Notes under the pieces: model-generated
The model's input: the letters and a program-made list of their open reading frames with translations, nothing else
Databases searched by the model: none
Told to the model about the DNA's origin: nothing
Source: Candidatus Gottesmanbacteria bacterium
Lineage (GTDB): Bacteria > Patescibacteriota > Microgenomatia > UBA10105 > UBA927
Direction of reading: 5' to 3'
Assembly: GCA_963701185.1 (NCBI GenBank)
Contig: OY969569.1
Coordinates: forward strand, 245,735-309,734
Length of the DNA: 64,000 bases
In this document: piece after piece, positions 10,321-18,746 of the stretch
Numbering within the stretch: the stretch's first letter is position 1
Layout: every line of letters starts with the position of its first letter
Program-made: the position numbers and the translations under genes

Positions 10321-10348
10321 TTGTAGTATTTGTAAATACTTCTATAAT
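10321..10348 (+). promoter_or_regulatory. candidate sigma70-like promoter for the GH130 gene cluster (TTGTAG, 16 nt spacer, TATAAT)
   Basis: TTGTAG at 10321-10326 and TATAAT at 10343-10348, lying 7 nt upstream of the ATG at 10355. Confidence 0.35.
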
Positions 10349-10354
10349 AAAAGT

Positions 10355-11449
10355 ATGCCTGCCGCATCCCCTGCTGTACGTAAGAAAGTTTTGAGATGGG
10401 GTGTGTCGCGTGCCGCGGAGCCAGGAAAACGGAAGCAAAAGAAGCAGACAATCAAAACCATTCTTGTTAAGCATGATGAAAATCCGATAATTTTACCGAA
10501 CAGGGAGAACGGATGGGAAGCGTGGCAGACGTTTAATCCTGGGGCAATACTGCTTAATGATAAAATTCATTTTCTGTATCGGGCAATCGGTGAAGACGGG
10601 ATATCCCGGTTGGGGTATGCCGTTTCAAGCGACGGATTCCATATTGATGACCGTTTATCGTATCCGGCGTATGAGCACAAGATAAAAGACAGGGTATATA
10701 CGCTGTATTCATATTTTTCCGGCGGCAGTTGGGGCGGCGCTGAAGATCCGCGCATTGTCCGTGTGGACAATGAAGATACGCTCTATGTCATGTATACAGC
10801 CTGTGATAACGGACTTCGGGTGGGATTGACATCAATTAGCGTCGATGATTTTTTACATAATCGGTGGCGATGGAAGCCGCCGGTTCTGGTTTCGCCGCCA
10901 GGTGAGATTCATAAAAACTGGTTGATTTTTCCTGAAAAAATCCACGGCAAATACGCTATCCTTCACAGTATCAGGCCGGTAATCCAAATAGAATACGTTG
11001 ATAGTCTGAATTTTGACGATACGGCGTACATCCGTAGTTCTTATGGCGGAGGCCCGCGGACGCGATGTTGGGATAAGTGGCTGCGGGGAGCCGGAGCGCC
11101 TCCCATAAAAACTCGGGAGGGTTGGCTTTTGTTTTATCATGCAATAGATGGTGACTGGAGTAAATATAAGGTGGGAGTCATGCTTCTTGATCTTGATGAT
11201 CCGACAAAAATACTCTGCCGCGCCAAAAAACCGATACTTGAACCGACAGAGTCGTATGAAAACAACGGGTACAAATCCGGCGTCGTGTATGTTTCGGGAG
11301 CGGCCGTAAAAAACGGCAATCTTTTCGTGTATTATGGCTGTGCAGACAATTATATCGGCGTTGCGTATGCGAATCTGGACGAATTTGTCGAGATGCTGAA
11401 AAAAGATGCAACCCCGACACTACGCGTAAAGACGTTAAAGAAAAAGTAA
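10355..11449 (+). CDS. GH130-family glycoside hydrolase/phosphorylase (single beta-propeller domain)
   Basis: ATG at 10355. GH130/DUF377-like motifs include NPGAILLNDKIHFLYRA, RLGYAVSSDGFHI, GAEDPRIV, APPIKTREGWLLFYHA and FVYYGCADNYIG. Confidence 0.7.
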   Translation: MPAASPAVRKKVLRWGVSRAAEPGKRKQKKQTIKTILVKHDENPIILPNRENGWEAWQTFNPGAILLNDKIHFLYRAIGEDGISRLGYAVSSDGFHIDDRLSYPAYEHKIKDRVYTLYSYFSGGSWGGAEDPRIVRVDNEDTLYVMYTACDNGLRVGLTSISVDDFLHNRWRWKPPVLVSPPGEIHKNWLIFPEKIHGKYAILHSIRPVIQIEYVDSLNFDDTAYIRSSYGGGPRTRCWDKWLRGAGAPPIKTREGWLLFYHAIDGDWSKYKVGVMLLDLDDPTKILCRAKKPILEPTESYENNGYKSGVVYVSGAAVKNGNLFVYYGCADNYIGVAYANLDEFVEMLKKDATPTLRVKTLKKK

Positions 11450-11453
11450 TATC

Positions 11454-13376
11454 ATGCTTGTTCAACGATTCAATAAAAATCCTATACTGACGCCCAAAAG
11501 TACATATTTTTGGCAGGCGGAGGCAGTTTTTAACGGCTGCCCGGTAAAAAAGGGAGAAAAAACGTATCTCGTGTACAGGGCCCTTTCCTTGCCGCACTTT
11601 CACCGGCTGGGTCAGCAACGGATGCGCGTTTCCAATATCGGCATTGCCGAAAGTTTTGACGGAATCAATTTTTCCAACCACAAACACTTTATTTTTCCGG
11701 AGTACCCATGGGAAAAATTCGGATGTGAAGATCCGCGGGTCACAAAACTCAATGACAAATACTTTATTTTTTATACGGCCCTATCGGAATATCCGCCGCG
11801 TGCTGACGGGATTAAAATTGCCGTGGCTGTCAGCGAGGACATGGAAACCATTAAAGAAAAACACCTCGTGACGACATTCAATTCCAAAGCCATGGCTCTT
11901 TTTCCGGAAATAATCGACGGAAAAATGTGGGCTATTCTGACAGTCCATACCGATCATCCTCCGGCAAAAATTTGTCTTGCATCATTTGACAACGAAAGTG
12001 ATATGTGGTCCCAACATTATTGGGAGGATTGGTACACAGCATTTGAGGATTCTGCATTGCCTCTTCAACGAAGACCTGAAGATCATATTGAGGTTGGCGC
12101 GCCGCCTTTAAAAACCCGTGACGGCTGGTTAGTCATATATTCGTATATTAAAAATTATTTTTCTCCGGAGAGACTCTTCGGATTTGAGGCAGTGTTGCTT
12201 GATTTACATAATCCTTTAAAAATCATTGGGCACACGGATGCGCCCTTTTTAACGCCGGAAGAGTATTATGAGAAAATGGGAATGATTTCGAATGTCATTT
12301 TTCCTTCCGGGGCCTCGATAGAAAATAATACCGTTCATCTTTATTACGGAGCCGCCGATACCACGTGCTGTCTTGTTGATATAAAGCTTGACTATCTGCT
12401 GAGACGGATAATGAAAAAAGATAGAAATCCCATAAAGTTTCAGCGCCAAAAAGAAAATCCGATTATCACCCCCAACCCGGAACATTCGTGGGAATCCAAA
12501 GCAACTCTTAATCCGGGAGCGATCAGTCTTGAGGGTACGATACATCTTCTGTATCGGGCGATGTCGGAAGACAACACGTCTGTTTTTGGTTACGCGAACA
12601 CGCAGGACGGTATTCACCTTGATCATCGTTCACCGCAACCGGTCTATAGTCCGCGGGAGCCTTTTGAACAAAAATTAGTTCCCGGGGGGAACTCCGGCTG
12701 CGAAGATCCCCGGCTTACGCAAATTGATGACAGAATTTATATGTTCTACACTGCGTTTGACGGAAGAAATTTACCCCGGATAGCTGTGACGTGGATATCC
12801 GTGAAGGATTTTCTGCTCCAGGCATGGAATTGGTCAAAACCACTGCTGATCTCATCACCTGATTTTGCCAACAAAAACGCATGTATTTTTCCGGAAAAAA
12901 TTGACGGGAAGTATTTTATTATCCATCGCTGCGGGAATGACATTGATTTTCATGTGTGTTCGGATTTAAATTTTGATGGCATTTCCTGGTTAGAGGAAAA
13001 CCGTTGGATCGCTCCCCGGAGGGGCATGTGGGACGATGAAAAAATAGGACTGGTAGCGCCGCCGCTTAAAACAGAACAGGGATGGATACTTTTTTATCAC
13101 GGGATTTCTTCGGAAGACCGTTTTTATCGGATAGGCGCGTGTTTGCTGGATTTCGAGAACCCTACGAAAATACTTGCGCGATTAGATAATCCAATCTTAG
13201 AACCGGAAACCGAGTATGAAAAAAAAGGAATCGTCCCGAACGTTGTTTTTCCCTGCGGCGCGGTCATACGGGAAAAAACTATTTTTATGTACTACGGCGG
13301 CGGCGATAAAGTCATCGGCGTCGCAACAATTCCGGTAAACGATTTGCTTGAAAGTCTTGAGTTTTATCGATATTAG
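11454..13376 (+). CDS. tandem double GH130-domain protein
   Basis: 640 aa made of two consecutive GH130-like units. Unit 1 is roughly residues 1-320 (NIGIAESFDG, CEDPRV, APPLKTRDGWLVIY, LYYGAADT). Unit 2 is roughly 330-640 (NPGAISLEGTIHLLYRA, GCEDPRLT, APPLKTEQGWILFYHG, MYYGGGDKVIG). Confidence 0.7.
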   Translation: MLVQRFNKNPILTPKSTYFWQAEAVFNGCPVKKGEKTYLVYRALSLPHFHRLGQQRMRVSNIGIAESFDGINFSNHKHFIFPEYPWEKFGCEDPRVTKLNDKYFIFYTALSEYPPRADGIKIAVAVSEDMETIKEKHLVTTFNSKAMALFPEIIDGKMWAILTVHTDHPPAKICLASFDNESDMWSQHYWEDWYTAFEDSALPLQRRPEDHIEVGAPPLKTRDGWLVIYSYIKNYFSPERLFGFEAVLLDLHNPLKIIGHTDAPFLTPEEYYEKMGMISNVIFPSGASIENNTVHLYYGAADTTCCLVDIKLDYLLRRIMKKDRNPIKFQRQKENPIITPNPEHSWESKATLNPGAISLEGTIHLLYRAMSEDNTSVFGYANTQDGIHLDHRSPQPVYSPREPFEQKLVPGGNSGCEDPRLTQIDDRIYMFYTAFDGRNLPRIAVTWISVKDFLLQAWNWSKPLLISSPDFANKNACIFPEKIDGKYFIIHRCGNDIDFHVCSDLNFDGISWLEENRWIAPRRGMWDDEKIGLVAPPLKTEQGWILFYHGISSEDRFYRIGACLLDFENPTKILARLDNPILEPETEYEKKGIVPNVVFPCGAVIREKTIFMYYGGGDKVIGVATIPVNDLLESLEFYRY

Positions 13377-13385
13377 GTCTGCGTT

Positions 13386-14735
13386 ATGGATATGGAATAT
13401 CTCCTGCGCCCGGATGTGCTTCTGGTTTTTACGTACGCGCCTGCGGGCCTCGGACACCTGCGGGTCACGGATGCCCTACATGACGGGTTGCCCGGCGGCG
13501 CCCATTCGGTACTTTTGGGCGCCGACGATACGCGCATTACCTATTGGCACCGGCTCATAAGCATTAATCCTGTTCTCCGGCGGATCATGGAATGGTTTCA
13601 AAAAGAGGAACAGCAAAGGTGGTTTAGCACGCTGTACGTTTTTGCGCTCCGGCATTCAACGGAGCGCCTCTATCGGCAGATGGAGCATTTACTGAGGACT
13701 CAGTGGCACGATAAAAAGGTCATGGTCGTTCTTTCCACGCACTTCGGACTTGCGCACCAGATTGCTGCCATCCGGCCGCGCCTTGAGAAAAAGTTCAGCA
13801 TGAAAATTGTACTGGTCGTGCAGGTGACGGATGCCACGTCCATGAAGATCTGGTATGTCGCAGGAGCGGATCTTATTACCGTCCCCAGTGAAAAAGTGAA
13901 AACAGAGCTGACGCAGTATGAGGGAAAACCCGGACGCAGCAGAACCGAGATTGCCGTGTTGCCGTACCCGTTAGGCAAAACGCTCGGGATGAGTCTCACG
14001 GGCGGCGAGTACGAACAAAGGCTCCGCCAGTACAACAAGGGTTCGGACGCAAGGATCAACGTCGTCCTGCCGGTTTCGGGGGCGGCAGTGGGACTGGCGT
14101 ATTATGATCAATTAATCCGCCGGCTGACGGAAAGTTCCGTCAGGTTCCGGATGTATCTGGTTGCCAGTAATACGATGCATACCGGGCCGTTTATCAGAAA
14201 AATGGAAGCGAAAAGTTCCGTGACGGTCGTGACTGCAGGATCGGATAAGGAAGTAGTGGATAACTACGAAAAACTTTACGGACGGGAAGTCATAGCCATC
14301 GAGATAGTCAAACCCAGCGAACAGTCCTTTAAGGCACTCCTGTCGCCGACGCAGCGGGGCGGCTCGATCATGCTTTTTATGCAGCCGATCGGGAAACAGG
14401 AAGAGGATAATCTGGCATTTTTAGCCGATCATAAGCTGCTGCCAAATCCGGAAGATCAGGAGAAACTCTCCCGCTATGCGCTGGCCCAGAAGATGCCTGG
14501 CGATGCGGAGTGTTTTGCGTGTCTGGAGCGGGCCCGTGTTTGGAAAGCTCTCCGGCTCACCAACGACCCAACGAAAGATGTAAAAATTATTAATTGGTGC
14601 ATCCGGGTCGGGATATTTGAGACTATGGCAAGACGCCGGGAGGCTATTTCTAAAGATCCGGAGCTTGCCGCAAACGGCGTTGGCCAATTTTGGGAAAAAG
14701 TGGATGTGTTGGTAAAAAAGAAACTGTTGGATTGA
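13386..14735 (+). CDS. GT-B glycosyltransferase, MGDG-synthase/UgtP-like (GT28 family)
   Basis: N-terminal LLVFTYAPAGLGHLRVTDAL resembles UgtP GNGHMQVTQSI. The central VVLSTHF...VVQVTDATSMKIWYVAGADLITVPSEKVK resembles MGDG_synth vvTD..H..W. The C-terminal PVSGAAVG and MQPIGKQEEDNLAFL resemble the UgtP PGQEKEN region. Confidence 0.5.
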   Translation: MDMEYLLRPDVLLVFTYAPAGLGHLRVTDALHDGLPGGAHSVLLGADDTRITYWHRLISINPVLRRIMEWFQKEEQQRWFSTLYVFALRHSTERLYRQMEHLLRTQWHDKKVMVVLSTHFGLAHQIAAIRPRLEKKFSMKIVLVVQVTDATSMKIWYVAGADLITVPSEKVKTELTQYEGKPGRSRTEIAVLPYPLGKTLGMSLTGGEYEQRLRQYNKGSDARINVVLPVSGAAVGLAYYDQLIRRLTESSVRFRMYLVASNTMHTGPFIRKMEAKSSVTVVTAGSDKEVVDNYEKLYGREVIAIEIVKPSEQSFKALLSPTQRGGSIMLFMQPIGKQEEDNLAFLADHKLLPNPEDQEKLSRYALAQKMPGDAECFACLERARVWKALRLTNDPTKDVKIINWCIRVGIFETMARRREAISKDPELAANGVGQFWEKVDVLVKKKLLD

Positions 14736-14758
14736 CAACGATACTGTGGGGGGACATA

Positions 14759-15259
14759 ATGAAAATAATGAGGCTTTCGACTTTGGTGATCGGCAGTTTT
14801 CTTTTCGTTACTATCCCGTTTTCGCAGGTAGTTGCCGCTCGTCCATCCGGTATTCCCACACGGAGACCGACGCCAGTGATGACACAACGGGCGGAGAAAC
14901 TGAATGCCGTCCTTACCCGCATGGTGAGTTTGAGCCGGCAGCGGCTGGATAACTACCGGGCATTCCTGACCAAAGTTCAGACGCGGATTGATAAACTTCA
15001 GGCAGACGGACATGACGTGAGCCGTTTCACCTCGTATATTACCCTGGCACATACCAATATTACTGCGGTAGATACGGCCATTACGCACATGACCCAAACG
15101 TTTGCCGCCCTCGATACCACCTCGGATAGGAAAACAATAATGGTAACAGTCCGGGCAGAGCTCACGAACGTCCGGAAAGCGTTTACCACGCTTCATACCA
15201 CGATGAAGCAGGTGGTGGAGCAGATAATCGATCAACAAACAAAAACACAGGAGAACTAA
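14759..15259 (+). CDS. hypothetical secreted alpha-helical protein (signal peptide)
   Basis: ATG at 14759 (ORF-track 14690 is a TTG extension). Signal peptide MKIMRLSTLVIGSFLFVTIPFSQVVAA, then a Thr/Gln-rich helical region. Confidence 0.4.
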   Translation: MKIMRLSTLVIGSFLFVTIPFSQVVAARPSGIPTRRPTPVMTQRAEKLNAVLTRMVSLSRQRLDNYRAFLTKVQTRIDKLQADGHDVSRFTSYITLAHTNITAVDTAITHMTQTFAALDTTSDRKTIMVTVRAELTNVRKAFTTLHTTMKQVVEQIIDQQTKTQEN

Positions 15260-15260
15260 T

Positions 15261-15494
15261 ATGGCAACAAAAAATACAAATCAGAATATAGCCCTGTTTG
15301 CAGTCATTGCAATCGTCGTGTGGGGTTTTGTCTACTTTTCCATGCGGGCCGGTCCCGGTGCAACGGTAAGTCGCGCGTCGCCCGGCACCACACTGACCGC
15401 CGGTGATGACGGACTCTCGCTGCAGCAGGATCTCAACGGCCTACAAAATGATCCAACGCTTGGGGAAGAAACCCAGCTCAATAGCGTTCAATAG
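15261..15494 (+). CDS. small single-TM membrane protein, hypothetical
   Basis: An RBS-like AGGAG upstream and one hydrophobic helix (IALFAVIAIVVWGFVYF), 77 aa. Confidence 0.35.
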   Translation: MATKNTNQNIALFAVIAIVVWGFVYFSMRAGPGATVSRASPGTTLTAGDDGLSLQQDLNGLQNDPTLGEETQLNSVQ

Positions 15495-15503
15495 GAGGGG
15501 TGT

Positions 15504-16235
15504 ATGAAGGCTGTCAAAACGTTTCTTATCATTGCGGTTTTGAGCCTCGTAGCCGTCACGTCCGCAGTATTGGCGAAAGAGCAGGACGACCGCGGCCCGC
15601 TTACCAAAATTACCTTTATTCATTACAAAAAAGATAAAAATCCGGCAAAGCCAGGGGGAGGCACAAAGCCCGGCTCCACAGCCTGCTACGGGTATTTAGC
15701 CCGCGGCGCAAAATGGAAAACAACGGAGCCGTATATCGTGAACCCGACCAATTCAGAGGGATTAAGTTCATCTCAAGTCTTTAACGCCGTGAGTGCGGGG
15801 GTTCAGGAATGGGATAGTCATCACGCAGGACCGGCAATTTTCGGAACCGGCAGTACCGATTCAAGCGCGGTGTACAACGAGGCGGCGCTGGACAATAAAA
15901 ACGTGGTTGTGTTCGGCGGGGGACTTGCTTCCAATATCATAGCCGTCACCAATGTCTGGGGATATTTCGGCGGTGCGCCGCAAACGAGAGGATTAGTTGA
16001 GTGGGATATGAAATTGAATTCAGTGTTTCAATGGGGCGACGGGGCGACCAACCCTGCTTTGATGGATCTGCAAAATATCGCAACCCATGAGTTGGGCCAC
16101 AGTGCAGGCATGGACGATCTCTATACGACCAGCTGCAACCTGGAAACGATGTACGGCTATTCAACCGAGGGAGACACGATAAAGCGCGATCTCAACACCG
16201 GCGACATCACCGGCCTCCAGGCGTTGTACCAATAA
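15504..16235 (+). CDS. secreted zinc metalloprotease, metzincin (matrixin/snapalysin-like)
   Basis: RBS GGAGGGG; signal peptide; an HELGHSAGMDD zinc-binding motif (HExxHxxGxxD) and a downstream Met-turn-like TMYGY. Confidence 0.7.
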   Translation: MKAVKTFLIIAVLSLVAVTSAVLAKEQDDRGPLTKITFIHYKKDKNPAKPGGGTKPGSTACYGYLARGAKWKTTEPYIVNPTNSEGLSSSQVFNAVSAGVQEWDSHHAGPAIFGTGSTDSSAVYNEAALDNKNVVVFGGGLASNIIAVTNVWGYFGGAPQTRGLVEWDMKLNSVFQWGDGATNPALMDLQNIATHELGHSAGMDDLYTTSCNLETMYGYSTEGDTIKRDLNTGDITGLQALYQ

Positions 16236-16242
16236 GCTTCGG

Positions 16243-16288
16243 GAGAACCAAACAACCCATCAGAAGTTTCCGATGGGCTGGTTTGTTT
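16243..16288. repeat. conserved hairpin-forming intergenic motif, copy 1 (probable bidirectional terminator between convergent genes)
   Basis: GAGAACCAAACAACCCATCAGAAGTTTCCGATGGGCTGGTTTGTTT. It contains an imperfect inverted repeat AACCAAACAACCCATC / GATGGGCTGGTTTGTT, and it is nearly identical to copy 2 over about 40 nt. Confidence 0.55.
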
Positions 16289-16300
16289 AATTAACGTCAA

Positions 16301-16870
16301 TCACTTTACTTTATACGCACCGTATCCAGTTGGGTCCGCGTGAGCAAACCACAGATGTCCGGGTCCGTAACTCGGATCAGTTCCCTGATCCATAATCGTG
16401 GCAAATTGTCCCCAGATACCATATCCGCCCGCGGGTATCAAACTTGGATTTGCCGTATAGTTTCCTACCCAAACAATTTTATAATGCCACACCGCTCCTG
16501 ATCCTCCGGCAACCTTTCCGTTCCATTCATTGTTTTCCCATGCCTGATAGGGCGGATTCGTCCAACCCTCTTTATTTCCGCGGTCCCACTCGGCATTCCA
16601 TTTCATGACCAGTTTATCTTTGGCATATGCGCCGAGATAATCTGCGGGTAATCCTTTTGCAAGTGACCAGCTTTCGCCGGTTCCGTTAAATATTCTGGCC
16701 GTATAGTTGTATCCAAACTCGTTAAATCCGGTACTTGTGCCTTGGACGATTCCCTGATTAATGATTTGTGTAACCACTCCGCTGCTTCCGAGCAAATATG
16801 CAAATACTAAAGCAATGGCAACAAGAAATACCGGCCGTACCGTATTTCCTTTTTTCATTTTAACTTTCAT
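16301..16870 (-). CDS. hypothetical secreted protein (signal peptide, Trp/Gly/Asn-rich)
   Basis: RBS GGAGGTG upstream on the minus strand; N-terminal signal/TM VFLVAIALVFAYLLGSS. Confidence 0.45.
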   Translation of the reverse strand: MKVKMKKGNTVRPVFLVAIALVFAYLLGSSGVVTQIINQGIVQGTSTGFNEFGYNYTARIFNGTGESWSLAKGLPADYLGAYAKDKLVMKWNAEWDRGNKEGWTNPPYQAWENNEWNGKVAGGSGAVWHYKIVWVGNYTANPSLIPAGGYGIWGQFATIMDQGTDPSYGPGHLWFAHADPTGYGAYKVK

Positions 16871-16971
16871 GTGTCACCTCCTCTCAAATAAAGTTCCTAT
16901 AACCACTATATCAGATACTCATATGTGTCCACCACCGCCTACGAGGACTCTCCTCGTAGGTCTAAGGTATC

Positions 16972-17006
16972 GAGAACCAAACAACCCACCGGAAGTTTCC
17001 GATGGG
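16972..17006. repeat. conserved hairpin-forming intergenic motif, copy 2
   Basis: GAGAACCAAACAACCCACCGGAAGTTTCCGATGGG, sitting 3' of minus gene 17026-17889. A perfect 10-bp GC-rich hairpin (CCTACGAGGA ctc TCCTCGTAGG, 16938-16960) lies immediately beside it. Confidence 0.55.
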
Positions 17007-17025
17007 TTGAATGAATAACGAAAAT

Positions 17026-17889
17026 TTACGGAGATACTACCTGTTTACCTGCATGTACATTTGCCTGAACAGAGCTTATACATTCGCCTTGATTTTTGAA
17101 AGATGGGTTAGTAAATTCTTTCCATCCGTCCTTTTTACAATCATCTATTTTTGTCCCGACCCTATGGGCAAAAACTTGAACATTTATGTCGCTACTTTTA
17201 TCCCAACCACCATTACATATTCCGGTAATGGGACCAAGTGAGTTACAGACTTCAGGGTTACTAGATAAACTATTTTGGGGCCAAACAAGCCACCTATCGT
17301 CTGATCCTTGTTGTGTAGTACCACTTAAACCCGCGTTACTTGCATGGTTAAACCAATAATATGAAATTCCTGCTCTCAATGTCCCATCAACAGCGAAGTA
17401 ATATTTATTTCCGCCATCGATTTTAAAATCTAATTTAGTAAAATCATGTTGCCATATTGTACGATCAGCTCCACTTGAGCCTTGGTATGTCAAGGTCGTT
17501 CCAGGATACAAAACCACACTATGAGTGATGTTAGGATTTGAATCATCATTTGTTCCATCAGTTAAATTACCTGATGTTATTTCTGAGATTCCGCCTGTAC
17601 CAGCATATAAACTTATATTGCTAAAGAGGGTTCCTAAAAATTCGGTATTCCCCACACTCCATGTGCGGATGCCTGTTACGACCCACTTCTCTCCAGCTTT
17701 ACCAATAGTAAAATCGTCACCACTCACGTAATCGTTTCCATTCGACCAGGCAACGTTACTTCTTAAAGGTCCAGCAACATTGTTTAAATTTATATTTGGT
17801 AAGCCACGACCTACGACTGGTGGACTAAGTGCAAATACTGGTGTTGCGAGAAATAAAGATGCTACAATTCCAAAAATTATATTTTTCAT
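17026..17889 (-). CDS. secreted protein with conserved C-terminal Cys-x19-Cys tail (CKKDGWKEF...FKNQGECIS)
   Basis: Signal peptide MKNIIFGIVASLFLATPVFA. The C-terminal 30 aa are shared with the protein encoded at 18000-18692. Confidence 0.5.
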   Translation of the reverse strand: MKNIIFGIVASLFLATPVFALSPPVVGRGLPNINLNNVAGPLRSNVAWSNGNDYVSGDDFTIGKAGEKWVVTGIRTWSVGNTEFLGTLFSNISLYAGTGGISEITSGNLTDGTNDDSNPNITHSVVLYPGTTLTYQGSSGADRTIWQHDFTKLDFKIDGGNKYYFAVDGTLRAGISYYWFNHASNAGLSGTTQQGSDDRWLVWPQNSLSSNPEVCNSLGPITGICNGGWDKSSDINVQVFAHRVGTKIDDCKKDGWKEFTNPSFKNQGECISSVQANVHAGKQVVSP

Positions 17890-17932
17890 TTATTTCACCT
17901 CCTTCCCTATAAATTTTTATAACCGATATTTC

Positions 17933-17963
17933 GAACAACCCATCGGATGTTTCCGGTGGGCTG
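17933..17963. repeat. conserved hairpin-forming intergenic motif, copy 3
   Basis: GAACAACCCATCGGATGTTTCCGGTGGGCTG, sitting 3' of minus gene 18000-18692. The stem CCCATCGG/CCGGTGGG is kept with a compensatory/wobble change relative to copy 2. Confidence 0.5.
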
Positions 17964-17999
17964 CATAAAGCAATGCTTTAACTGCAAAATCGTAGTTTA

Positions 18000-18692
18000 T
18001 TAATTTGCCGGCCAATTTTTCTCACCTGTCGCTACGAAGGAAACACAATCTCCTTGGTTTTTAAATACACCAAAATCTTCCCATCCTTCTTTTTTACACT
18101 CATCTTTATTTCCTGGAAGCGCTTCGGTTACGACCACGTTATCTAATACTGGTCCAAAGGCGCCAACAATCTGACTTGCGAACGTTATTGTTGTGCTCGT
18201 TCCTGTAGCTACGAATGAGTAAGTCAAACCTTGTTTCCACTTCATTGGCGATGGATAGTTATTACCTTCAATGGAAGTATCATAACTATAATCTTGGTGA
18301 TTTACCCCATCACTTACTCTAACTACTTTCGGGTTCGGGCTCCAATATGGGTCTGGAGCTGGTAAGTTGCCTGGATTTCCTGATAAATCGAAAGTCACTT
18401 TGTAAGTAGCTCCGGGCACTGTCGTAATAGTTTGACTGATTGATCCCGGTGTAAAACCATTTAAATCAATACTTCTGCTATCATCTGACGCTTCCCAAAG
18501 ACCGCCAATATAATCTACGCTATCCGAATTCACGGTCCAACCGATTATATCCGTAGCCCCTGAATAAAGAGTTATAAAGGTTGATCCAGGATTGGTTCCA
18601 GTTTCAAAACTACCATTAGAAATTAACGATGCTGCATAAACTGTTGTTGCGGACAATAAAAACAGTGCAGTTCCTAAAATTATTTTTTTCAT
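18000..18692 (-). CDS. secreted DUF642 / choice-of-anchor-C-like domain protein with C-terminal Cys-x17-Cys tail
   Basis: Signal peptide. LISNGSFETG...IIGWTV...SIDLNG...ISQTITTVPGATYKVTFDLSGNP matches the DUF642 pattern. The C-terminus KDECKKEGWEDFGVFKNQGDCVSFV is paralogous to that of 17026-17889. Confidence 0.55.
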   Translation of the reverse strand: MKKIILGTALFLLSATTVYAASLISNGSFETGTNPGSTFITLYSGATDIIGWTVNSDSVDYIGGLWEASDDSRSIDLNGFTPGSISQTITTVPGATYKVTFDLSGNPGNLPAPDPYWSPNPKVVRVSDGVNHQDYSYDTSIEGNNYPSPMKWKQGLTYSFVATGTSTTITFASQIVGAFGPVLDNVVVTEALPGNKDECKKEGWEDFGVFKNQGDCVSFVATGEKNWPAN

Positions 18693-18730
18693 TTTTCACC
18701 TCCTCTCTTTTTTTAATTTGCACAAAAAAT

Positions 18731-18746
18731 CCCGTCACGTGACGGG
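18731..18746. promoter_or_regulatory. perfect 16-bp palindrome CCCGTCACGTGACGGG in a divergent promoter region, abutting a TATAAT
   Basis: It sits between the divergent 18000-18692 (-) gene and ileS (+). TATAAT at 18748-18753 is 1 nt downstream. Confidence 0.3.

Noticed and set aside
14474-15238. A 254-aa minus-strand ORF and several other 60-230 aa antisense ORFs, for example 43159-43830 inside htpX, 38322-38993 inside the O-antigen ligase gene, 665-1204 inside femAB, 10076-10474 and 34582-34998.
   Set aside because: They lie entirely within or across plus-strand genes that have clear family motifs, signal peptides or operon context. They have no RBS and no recognisable motifs. GC-rich coding DNA often produces long antisense ORFs of this kind.
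18731-18746. The perfect 16-bp palindrome read as definitive operator evidence.
   Set aside because: Its expected chance frequency is about 1 per 64 kb, so it is kept only as a low-confidence regulatory candidate (see findings), not as a called binding site.
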